Origin: Prasinococcaceae sp. CCMP 1430
Lineage: Eukaryota > Plantae > Prasinodermophyta
NCBI GenBank assembly: GCA_013416795.1
Contig: RQSC01000030.1
Coordinates: 281,158-314,820 of the forward strand
Reading direction: 5' to 3'
Length of the DNA stretch: 33,663 nucleotides
The position numbers and the translations under genes were made by a program. Of this stretch, positions 20,365 to 30,800 are shown one piece after another; within the stretch, counting starts at the first letter, position 1; every line of letters begins with the position of its first letter. Below the pieces are notes generated by a model that saw only the letters and a program-made list of their open reading frames with translations, was not told where the DNA came from and ran no database searches.

Positions 20365-21750
20365 GCTCGCCGGCGGCTGGTGTGCGCGCGCGCCGTCGCG
20401 GGCTCCCCAGGCAGCGGAAGCGGCGGCGCCAGCGCCAGCGCCAGTAGCGAGCTGGGCTTCGATGCGCCCCCCGCCGCGCCGCGCGCGCGTCGTCCAGGTT
20501 CTTTTGTCGCGCGCCCCGGCGCTCTGCAGGGTCTGCCGATGGTGCCACCCTCAGAGGAGCTCATGGGCACGTGCTTCAAGGCCGCCCGCAAGCAGGGGCC
20601 GAAGCGTGGCATGAAGAGCGCGCTGGCGCGCAACCGCGAGCAGTACACGCGGCAGATGGACACCCTCACGGTTGAGTTCACGACGCGGCTGCGCACCCTC
20701 TGCGAGGGTTTCGTTCGCCCCGACCGCTTGCACGCGTTTGAGCGCGAGCTGGTGCTGCTCACGCTCGGCGAGGGGCGCTACGAGGATGCCATCTCCGGAG
20801 TGGAGAAAGTGCGCAAGAAGATCGTGGATGTGGGCAAGGAGAACACGCGCAAGGTCGCCCGGGCGACGACGCTCGAGGAGATTGAGGACACGCGGGAGGC
20901 GGGCTTCGCGCACGTGCGCAGCGTGTACATGAGCATGGGCTGGGCGGTCGACGAACTCAAGGAGGTCGCGAAGGTGTGCAGGCGCATGCCTGTGGTCGAC
21001 CTCGAGGTGCCGACCCTCGCGCTCGTCGGCGCGCCCAACGTCGGCAAGTCGAGCCTGGTCGCGACTCTCTCCAGTGGCAAGCCCGAGGTCTGCAACTACC
21101 CTTTCACCACCAAGGCGATCTCCATGGGCCACATGTTCATCGACGCCGCCAAGCTCGAGCCCGCGCAGATCACCGACACGCCGGGCCTGCTCGCGCGTCC
21201 GGACGAGGAGCGCAATGACATCGAGGGGCTGGCCATCGCTGCGCTCGAGCACCTGCCGACGGCGGCGCTCTTTGCCTTTGACATGAGTGAGGAGTGCGGC
21301 ACGTCCGTGCAGGACCAGCTCTCGCTCTTCGAGGAGCTGCGGGGCAGGTTTCCGCACAAGCCGTGGATCACAGTGTCCAACAAGGTCGACCTCGACCACG
21401 GCGAGGGCTACGCCGCTGCGATGGCCGGCGCGCGGGCAGAGACCCTCGAACACGTGGAGGCCGCGCTGCGAGTGTCGGTCCTCACGAATGAGGGCATCGA
21501 CGCGCTGCGCGCGCAGGTGCTGGGGGTGCTGACGGAAGCGGCCGCGACGCGCGAGGCGGAGCGCGAGCGCCTCGGCCTCACGAGCGCCGACAGCGGCATC
21601 GGCTTCGGGCCAAGGCCCCACGACCGGGAGGACGGCGATGCGTCGGAGGGCGAGAGCAGCGGTGCGGAGGGCGCGCAGCCGCGCCCTCGAAAGCCGAACC
21701 GGCGGTCGCACGGCCGCGCGGCTGTCAGCGGCAGCGGCGTCCACGGGTAG
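20365..21750 (+). CDS. NOG1/GTPBP4-like GTP-binding protein, short (probably organellar) type; 5' end in the gap
   Basis: G1 GAPNVGKS, G2 NYPFTT, G3 DTPG, G4 NKVD. NOG1 features include LHAFERELV, RRMPVVDLEVPTLALVG and DMSEECG. It lacks the long cytosolic NOG1 C-terminus. Confidence 0.92.
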   Translation, partial: ARRRLVCARAVAGSPGSGSGGASASASSELGFDAPPAAPRARRPGSFVARPGALQGLPMVPPSEELMGTCFKAARKQGPKRGMKSALARNREQYTRQMDTLTVEFTTRLRTLCEGFVRPDRLHAFERELVLLTLGEGRYEDAISGVEKVRKKIVDVGKENTRKVARATTLEEIEDTREAGFAHVRSVYMSMGWAVDELKEVAKVCRRMPVVDLEVPTLALVGAPNVGKSSLVATLSSGKPEVCNYPFTTKAISMGHMFIDAAKLEPAQITDTPGLLARPDEERNDIEGLAIAALEHLPTAALFAFDMSEECGTSVQDQLSLFEELRGRFPHKPWITVSNKVDLDHGEGYAAAMAGARAETLEHVEAALRVSVLTNEGIDALRAQVLGVLTEAAATREAERERLGLTSADSGIGFGPRPHDREDGDASEGESSGAEGAQPRPRKPNRRSHGRAAVSGSGVHG

Positions 21751-21991
21751 GCCGCGCTGCGAGCGCTGCCCATGTTGTACATGTACATGTCGTGCGAAGT
21801 TTCCGTTGGGAGTATCTGCTGTTTATGGGAATGCGCGGGAGCGCTGCGCTGCTTGTACGAATTCGTTGCTCGAGCCGCGGGCATGGGGAGCGCAGGACGC
21901 TGATTGGGAACCCCCCTCATCCCCCCCCCCCCCCTTCTCCTCGGCTCCCCGTTCGCTTGCGTTCCGTCCCGCCTGGGCGAGAGGCCCGGCG

Positions 21992-22966
21992 CTATCGCCT
22001 CGCCTTGCCCCCGGCGGACTTCGCGCGCGTGAATGCCACCCCCGCCGCGAGCCCGAGCCCGATGCTCGCAAGGTTCTGCCACGTGGTGGGCGTGTTGAAG
22101 AGCAAGATGCCCAGAATCGAGGTCGGAATCTTGTTGAGGCTCCCGACGAGCGAGTACGTGGTCGCGATCGTCGACTGGAGGAACCACAGGCTGGCCAGCG
22201 AAATGGCGAAGCCAACGCAGCCGCTCATGGCCGCCGCCATGAGGAACGAGGTCGATCGCAGCTGGGGCGCGTCGAGGACGCCCGGCAGCTCGCCAAAGTA
22301 CACCATGAGCGCCAGGATGAACGGCGTGCACAGCAGGTTGTTGAAGTACACCATGCTGAACTGCGAGAGCTCACCCGAGCGCGTGAGAGGCTTCACGGCG
22401 TCCATCGTGCGGCGCAGGTAGAGCGCGTACGCGGCCGTGAAGATGCAGTTGGTGAACTGCCACGCGTAGCCCTCCAGGTTGAACTCGAGATCGGTCAAGC
22501 CCGAGCACAGCCCCGAAATGAATATGAGCACCAGACACCACCACACGCCAGCGCTCGGGCGCCGGCCGAAGAACCACATGTCGCCGCACACCACGAAGAT
22601 GTTGGAGAAGTTTTTGAGGACGGTGACCATCGGCACGCTCAGGTGCTTGATGGAGAAGAAGCCCGTCATGATCATCCCCACGAAGATCGCGTTCGCCGGC
22701 AGCCACAGCTTGGTGATCGGCAGGGTGAGCGGCTCGAGCTTGACGATGCCCACCAGCGAGCACGCGCAGACGAGCAGCACGCTCATGAGCGTCTGCGATA
22801 GCAGCAGCGAGTTGGTGAAGTGAAAGTCGAAGCCCGTGAGCACGTACTTGTTCATGAGCACCATGGTCGCGCTCGCCGCGCAGTAGCAGGCGCCGGCGAC
22901 GAGGGTCTGGGTGCCGCCCGGCGCCGGCGCCGGCGCATGGTGGGAGGGCAGCACCGATCCCTTCAT
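21992..22966 (-). CDS. Nucleotide-sugar transporter, GDP-mannose transporter (GONST1/VRG4)-like; may start further upstream (ORF open to 23599)
   Basis: About 10 hydrophobic segments. YCAASATMVLMNKYVL, LSVPMVTVLKNFSNI, YALYLR, MVYFNNLL and TTYSLVGSLNKIP, the G(A/S)LNK motif of GDP-sugar transporters. Confidence 0.9.
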   Translation of the reverse strand: MKGSVLPSHHAPAPAPGGTQTLVAGACYCAASATMVLMNKYVLTGFDFHFTNSLLLSQTLMSVLLVCACSLVGIVKLEPLTLPITKLWLPANAIFVGMIMTGFFSIKHLSVPMVTVLKNFSNIFVVCGDMWFFGRRPSAGVWWCLVLIFISGLCSGLTDLEFNLEGYAWQFTNCIFTAAYALYLRRTMDAVKPLTRSGELSQFSMVYFNNLLCTPFILALMVYFGELPGVLDAPQLRSTSFLMAAAMSGCVGFAISLASLWFLQSTIATTYSLVGSLNKIPTSILGILLFNTPTTWQNLASIGLGLAAGVAFTRAKSAGGKARR

Positions 22967-23599
22967 CCCCGCCTCGCCGTCACCCGCGAGCAGCGGCGCC
23001 TCCTCGACCTCCGCCGCGCTCCCCACCGCCCTGCGCCCCCCCCGCGAGGCGTCCTGGCCCGCGCCTCCCAGCGGCAGGGCGCCGCGGGCCGCCACGCTTG
23101 CCGAGGCCACCCTCCTCCCTCTTGCGCCGCGCTGCTCCCCTCGGCCCCCGCGCGCGCACTGACGCCCTGGCGCGCGCGCGCTCGCACGCGCGCCCAGCTC
23201 CACCACCCGCTGCTCTGAGGCGCCAACGACGAATTGCAGCGCCTCCGCCGAAGTGGGCGGCGGCTTGGGCGGCTTGGGAGGCACGACGACGGGCTCGACT
23301 TTCACGCGCGGCGGACGGGGCGGGCGTTTGCCGCTCCTCCGCCTAGGCGTCGCACCATCGCCGTCGTCGGCGCTGCGGCGCGCGCGGGCGCCCGACCTCG
23401 ACCCAGAACGCGCCGCCGATGGCTTGGCTGTGAAGGGGCTGACACCCGTCGCCTGCAGCAGGAGGTCCAGCCCCCCGAGCGCGTCCATATCCATCTCGTC
23501 GACGGTNCGCGCGCGCGCGGGCGCGCCGCGGTCGCAGGGAGCGCGCGCAGCAACAGCGAGCGCCCGCGCGCGCTGCCAGCGGCGGGAGATGACGATCAT
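22967..23599 (-). CDS. In-frame upstream segment (MDMDALGGLDLLLQA...KVEPVVVPPKPPKPP), either an N-terminal extension or a separate gene
   Basis: Stop-free and in frame with the transporter, but the Pro/Arg/Lys-rich content is unlike a transporter leader. It contains a GTGCGC donor-like site near 23160 and an N at 23507. Confidence 0.3.
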
Positions 23600-24824
23600 G
23601 GACTCCCTCTACCGAAGACCAATGTGGATACGTCCCAAGGAATCGAAAAAAGCAATAATCTAGCTTCCGATCCCAGCCGACCGCACGGCGCGTGCGCCCC
23701 GGCGTCGCAGCGCGCGCTATGCTGACACCAGGAGCCACCGCGCGGCTCGGCCGCGCGCCTCCCGCGCTGCTTCGACGCGCGCTCGCGCAGACGTCGGGAT
23801 CGCCTCGAAGTGCTCGGGGCCGCGTTTGCCTCCCCGACAGCGGCGGCACACGTGGATGGTGCCGGGGCGTCAGCTCCCGGCAGAGACTTCGGACGTACGT
23901 GTGCATATGCGCTGCGCGTCGCGTCGGCGCGCCCGCGCTGCGCACCCCGCCGCGGCGAGCGCGAGCGAGCGTGTCTCCCTATGATGAGCAAACTTATTAG
24001 ATGTGCGACGCGGCCTGGGCCTCCAATGGAGTACGGCGGTGTGCCGTGGGGTTATCCCACTGGCCGCCGGCGATGGCCATCGGCTGGCGCTTGCCGCAAT
24101 GAGCGGATCCGTCGAGGCAATTACACGGAACCAATACGAGGGAGACCGCACCGGGACGCCCTGTGCGCGCTCGCGCGAGCGGGGACGGGGTTGAAGTGGG
24201 GGTAGCAACGCTCTTATCGTCGGGGCTGGCGCGGCGGGCTAACGCAGTGCGCGGCCGCTCGTCACGCGACACAGGTGCGCGCACAGCGAACGAACGAGCC
24301 GTCCGCCTGAGCAGAGCAGGGGATGCACGGGGTGTTTCTGGACACCACCAACTTCACTCGGCCGCGGCCCGAAGCCTTTCGCGGATCCGCGGCGCCGTGC
24401 GGCAGGCGAGCGCTGACATCCTCGCTCTCTCGCGTGCCTACGTCGTATACTTGCTACCGTGCGTGGGATATCACGCGGCGTTCACCCTGGAGGGCGTGCG
24501 CGCCGATGTCTGCGGACTCCCGAGCACGATCGGGAGGTGCCTCGCCAGCCACCCCTCCGGCGCGGCCTTCACCGGCTGCTGTGTGAGCCCTGCGTTGACC
24601 TTGGCCGGTGTGACCTGTGCGGCGCCCGCCACGGGCGCGGACGCATCGCCTGTGTCCTTCTTGCGCGACTTGTGCTTGCCAGCGCGCCCGCGGCGGCGGG
24701 CGCGACGAGCCAGCGTCTCCACAGGCTGCTGCGCGTCGCCCTGGCTGTCGGTGGCCACGTCGTTCGTTGCGCTCCTGCGTTTGCGCCGATTGCGAGTCGA
24801 CGGATCCGAAGCGTGAGCCATGAG

Positions 24825-27800
24825 TCAGTCGCGCGCTACGCGGCGTCGACGTGCGCAGTGCATCGGCCTAGGACGCGCGCGCGTCATGGGGCGGCGGTCG
24901 CGAGCGCAAGCGCGCCGCGCGCCGTGCCTTTGTGCGAAGACGCGGGACGTGAACGTGTCCAGGATGCGCCCCGTTTGCTGCCCGGAGCCACGCACGCGGA
25001 ACGCGCGCCCGGCGAGCGATTCGGGAAAGACTTGTACCACCGGGATTGAGCCGCGCACGCCCTTGAGCCGCAGCTTTCCCACCGGCTGGGCCTCGATGCT
25101 GCTCCCTACCGACGTACGCATTCCGTGGTGGCTACGCAGCCACCAGGGCACTTGGTCTTCGCAGCGCTCCATAGCGCTGGAGCCGCCTGTCGCCTCGAGC
25201 ATCTCCGAAACTTGGATATCGCCTTCAGCGATGGAGGCGTCGGAGAGCGTGCGCGCGGCCGCCTTCGGGAACGATCGCCACGACTGAAACGCGCGTTTCC
25301 TGAGTGCATCGTCGGCAGACGCTGCCGCGTCGTCGCTCCCGTGAGGCCCGTTGCCGTTGTTGGCGCGCTCCCCCGTCTCATCTGAGGTGGCGTGACCGCC
25401 CGAGCCCCCCTCCTCAGTGTCAGGGAGTGCATCGTCGGCAGCCGCTGCCGCGTCGTCGCTCCTGTGAGGCCCGTTGCCGTCGTCGCTCCTGTGCGCCCCG
25501 TTGCCGTTGTTGGCGCGCTCCCCCGTCTCGTTTGAGGTGGGGTGACCGCCCGAGCCCCCCTCCTGAGAGTGAGGGGCGTCGCGCACGACGATATCTGCCT
25601 TGCCGTCTTCGTCTGCGGCGTCTGCTATGCCGTCTGCTATGCCGTCTGCTAGCGGCGACGATGCCGCCGGGGTGGACTCGTCGTCGTCGGTCGATGCCAT
25701 GGCTGACTCGGCGTCCTGCTCGTCGCGGAGGGCCCGCTCCCAGGTGTAGCGCGCGCAGAGCGTCTGCCCGCCCGCCGCGCGGTTTGCAATGCGCGCTGCT
25801 CGGTTGATCACCGGCCCCTTCCACTGCGCGAAGCTCGTGGTGGCGTCTGGATACACCTCGGATGGCACACCCGTGCAGATGCCGCAGGCGACGCGCAGGC
25901 CGCGGAACACGACGCCCCTGGCGCAGCTCGGCAATGGGTCCGCGCCTTCCGCGCTTGGCGCGCTCGCGCCCTCCCCGTCGGTTCCTGGATCTGTCTCGAA
26001 TTCGGTCTCGGTGGCGGTGCCACTTCCGACCGTCCGGTTGAGCCGCTCCTCGTCGTCGTCGGTGTCGGCACTGGACCGTCCGTCGCCGCCAGTGGTTGCG
26101 ATGTCGCTCCTCGAGCCGCGCTCGTCTCCCTCGGGGATGGTCACACACACCGTGCCGCCCGCGTCGCTCCTCTGTCGCGCTGCTGGGGGAGGGAAGCTCC
26201 CGCCCTGGCGCTGGGCGCTCGCAAGGGTTTCTGTCCCAGTGGCGACGAGCTCGATGCCGCCGTCCTCGCCACTCTCGCGGTCGCCCCCCCACTTGCCCCG
26301 CGCCCGCAGCGGGTTCGGCAGGGCGCCCAGCCCGAGGTCCGGCACCCAGCGCGGGAGAATGTGCCCCTCGCGCTGACGGTACGAGCGCGAAGGCGCGAGA
26401 GTGCTGCTGCTCACGCTTCGGTCCGACGTTGAGCCCTCCGTCTGACCGGAGTTGCGCAGCACCGCGCTCGACAACGCAATCCCCGAGAGCGCGCCGTCGC
26501 CGCGCCGTCCGGTGGTGGCTGCGATGCCATCTCTGCGCGCGGGCGGCACGAAGGCGGCACGCGGCGCGAGCGACATTTCTGCCGCCTCGTTGAGGGCGAG
26601 CAGCTCCTTGGGCCAGTCCACGTCCATCGCACGCTCCTGCAGGTCGCAGCAAAAGCGCACCCCGTCCGCCGGAGCGCGGAACGCGATCACGTAGTTGCCG
26701 TGGAGGGCATCCACGGATTCCGCCGGATAGCCCGCGTGTTCCGTCCACAGCACGTGCAGGAAGTCAAGCAATCGCTCGAGCGCCAATGTCGTGGCCTCCC
26801 TGTCCATGCGCAGGAGGTGCAACAAATCAGGCACGTTGAGGAAGACGAGGGTGACTTCGCCGTCCACCGCCCCGAGCGGCGGGAGCGTGCCTTCGGAGGG
26901 CGTGCGCGGCACCGCCGGCGCGTCGAAGAAGCCCGGCTGCGTCTGCGCAACCGTCCTGTGCGCGCGGGGTGCGGGTTCGCGAATTCGTTAGCAGTGCGGT
27001 CGGCGGGCCCCATCCATGCGCGGCGCAGCAGAGACGAGCCCTTCCTGCCATCGTCGCGGTGCGTTCGCACCGCGATCGGCGCACATCATCGGCGCGGGCG
27101 CGGGGCGCGAGGGCGACTGCACCGCGGCGCGACTGGCCCGCGCCCTCCCAGCCAGGGCCGGGCGTCCCACGTACCTGAGCCCCTGCATGTGGGGGATGCG
27201 ACCCCTGAGGCGATCGTTTAGGAGCATGATGAGCGGGATGGGCGCGTCCGCGTCGTGGGCCGGCGTCGTGCCCGAGCCCCTGATGAGCACGTGCTCGCCC
27301 ATGTGGATGGCCATGAAGCTCGGGGCGGCGTGCACGGAATTGTCGCCTCGGCGCTCGCTGCTGGCCCTGGACAGCGCGTTTTGCACGTACTCGGCGTTGA
27401 GCCCGTTGAAAGCCTGGCCGGAGAGCAGGATGGTGCCGCCGGACTTGGCGGCATCGCCCACCGCGCGAGCGACGCGGTACTCTTGGCCGCTGTAGCGAAA
27501 GCGCCCCGAGTGCTTGTCGCGGCTGCGCTGCATGACGCCGGTGTGGATGCCGATGCGCACGCGCAGGCCGCGCCACAGCAGGGGGGGCTTCGCAAGCGAG
27601 GCGGCGCGCCGGGCGTCCTCCCCTCCCTTGCTGCGCGCGGACGGGAGGAAGGCCCTCAAGGTGCGCAGCGGCCCGCCGACGTCGGTGCCGGCCTCCGAGG
27701 AGGACACCACTGACGACGAGGTCGAGCGCTCCGAGGAGGGCGCGGCTGCCTGCGGCGTGGCCACACCGTTGGCGTGCAGCCGCTCGCCGCCAGAGAGCGC

Positions 27801-30800
27801 GCCGTCGCGGTGGCCGTTCACTCCCGCGTGCGCGGCGCCCCGCGGCGTGCCGTCGGCGTCCTGCAGCGCCTGCCCGCCTTCGTCGACGACTGGCGCGATT
27901 GGCACGCTCGGGTGCCGCGCGCTCGCGCCGCTGGCGAGACCGCTGCTGCCAGATCCACCCCCGTCGCCGTGGCGGTGGTAGATTGGCCGCAGCCACCCGT
28001 CCATGGCGCCGAGCAGCCCATCGCTCCACTCCACCTCGAGGAGAGCGTCCTGCACCTCGAGCGCCCACAGCACGGCGTCGGCGCTCGTGTGGAAGGCCAC
28101 GACGAAGGCGTCGCCCTCGGTGTTGGATTCGTAGCCGCTGTGCTTGCTGATGAGCTGCCGCATGACCTGGTGGTGCTGCCTGAGGGCCGCGTTCATCGCG
28201 ACCGGGTCGGCCTCCCACAGGTCCGTCGACTTCTCGATGTCGGTCGTCGCGAGCGTGAGCTCGTAGCCCGCCTCTCCGTCGGCGCCCGGCGGGGCGTTGT
28301 ACATGCGGCGCCACATCGCCAGGAAGAGGTGCGGCGTCATTCGATACGACCGCCACATGAAGCAGCCGAAGCACACGAGCGCTGCCGCCGCGAGCAGGAG
28401 GACGCCGGACACAACGATGGCGGCGATCTCCCACGCCGTGATCGAGTTGCCCTCTTCTTCCAGCGGGCAGCAGAAGGGCTCGATCACGGTCATGATGCGC
28501 ATCGCGCTGTTCAGGGCGTCCGACACGAAGATGTCGGGCGGGCGAGGTATCAGGCCCAACGACGAGTTGAGCGCCGGCAAGACGGCCACGCCCGCCGGTG
28601 CGCAGAACAGGGCGTTGCCCGCCGGCTCGGGCGACAGCACCCTATCCTCCTCGTTCGACGAGTCAGCCGCACACTGCGCCGGGCTGCCGTAGGTGGCGTT
28701 GACCGTCGGGGCGCTGCATAGGTCGTCGTTGCGAAGCCCCGCGTCGGTCGCCGACCCCGCGAGCGTGAACACGAACGACTGTCGAACATCGACGAGGCGC
28801 ACGGTGTTGTCGTCCGTCACCGCGAGGTATTCCAGGATGGGGTCTCCATCCCTGTTTACAGCACAGCACCCCGAGTCCGGGTCGCACAAGCACTCGTCCG
28901 TGTCGTTCGGCGGCAGGACGAGCGGAAAGGAGTCCATCGCGCCGGGGTTGCTAAACCTGGCGAGCGGGCCGAAGCTGCGTGGCCGCCACGGTCGGTCGCC
29001 GGGCGATCGATTGGCCGAGCGTTGCGTTCGCGGCACGAGGGCGCGGTCCGGCCGCGCGCGCGAGGGGGGCGGCTCGTCAGAGCGCGGCGCGGTCAGGGTG
29101 CGGCTCGGCGCCCGAATGGCGCGGCGCGAACGGCGCGGCAAGCGGGTGAGTCGCCGGAGGTGGGGCGGGCGCACGCGGCGTCCGAAGGCGCGCGCGTACC
29201 CGTCCGTCACGGCGCTCGAGCCAGACGTGAACGCCCCGACCAGGGTGTTCGTTATGCACGAGACGGTCTCTATCAACCGCACGACGTTGTTGCCCTGGTC
29301 GGTGACGTACATGATGGCGAAGGGGCGATCCACGTCGATGCTGCCGTCGTCCGCGTCTTCGGCGTCGTTGCTGTTGAAAATCTTGGACATCCTGAGCCCC
29401 GTCGGGTACGCGAACAGTATGTCGTTCTCGTCGGGCGTCCCGGAGATGGAGTCCCTGAAGCCGAAGACCGTGCCCAGGTAGGTGCTCACGTTCCCGCGCA
29501 CGTCCGAGTCGGAGGCGTTCCCCCCGAGGTTGACGCGCCTGATGCTCGAGCCCGCCCTGTCGGCGACGAAGAGCTGCGCGTTGCCTTCGCAATCGGGGTC
29601 GCAGCAGTCCGTGATGCACTGGTTGGGCTGGTAGCACTGCGTTGACGCGCTGCCGGCCTCGATGTACGCCAGCCCGGCGGGCGCCATGAAGCGCGCGTCC
29701 TCGGGGGGGCCGTCGATGTTGCCCTGTATGCCGCTCCCCGCCAGCACGCTCACGTTCAGCTGGTCCGCCGCGGCGTCGGCGAGCGTCAGCCCGGCCGAGA
29801 GGGCCGCGTCCGTCAGCGTCGCCTGGATGATGCAGAATCCCGCTGAGTTGGAGATGTACAGCTCGGTGAATTCGTCGTTGGCCACCATGTCACCGATGCT
29901 GATCGCCGTGCACTGCACGCGCTTGAGCGGCTGGTCGCAGGACAGCTGCTTCGGGCTGATGAGCTCCTCGAGCTCCCCCACCGCCCCCGCCGCCCGTCGC
30001 TTGATGGAGGGCAGCACCACCCCGTGGGCCGCGTCGGTCGCGCAAACGCCGTTGTCCGCGATGAGCATGGCGCCGACGCCGCCGAAGTAGCCGACCGGCG
30101 GCGCGGCGTCGTTGCTGCCGATGATCTCGGACTCGCCTGACTGGGTGGCGCCGCCGTCGACCACCGTGCCGTTCGACAGGTGCAGGATGGCGCCCGGGGT
30201 GGTCAGGCCCGTGGAGGCGTTCCCGAGCCTCACATCTTCGACGTTGCAGCCGCTCGTGGCATTCGTGGAGCCGTCCGTGGGGAGCGAGTACACGAAGAAG
30301 CCGCCCTGCAGGTCGGGCTCGGTGGGCGCCCTGCAGTTGAGGCTCGTGGGCGCTTGCGCGAGGCTGCGAAAGGGCGCCACGTAGCCCGCCGTGATGGTCG
30401 TGTTGCCCGGCAGCACGGCCTCCGCAGGGAGGGCGCCCGCCGCTCTCAGCTGGAACTGCCGATCGCACACCTGGCCCACCTGCGCCGCCGTGAGCGAGCC
30501 GAGGGGGTCTGCGCACGTCTCGTCCTCCGAAGAGGACGAGGACTGGCCGCCGACGAGCGCGCCGAAGAGCCCCTCGGCGAAGTCCGCCGCCGGCGCCGCC
30601 GCCGCCGGCGACGCCGTCGGGGACGCCTGGGCGTCTGCCTCCGACGGCGGCTGGGGCGCCTCGCCGCCCCCCCCTTGCCCCCCGTCGGCCCCCGACGTCG
30701 CGGCCTCCTTCAGCTGGTTGTACTGCACGCACGAGTGCGACACCTTCACCTCGAGGACGCGCGAGGACAGGGAGCAGTCGTTGGCGTTGGGGCTCTTGTC

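Noticed and set aside
3310-22966. USP and GDP-sugar transporter as a glycosylation gene cluster
   Set aside because: They are ~16 kb apart with many unrelated housekeeping genes between them and handle different nucleotide classes (UDP versus GDP).
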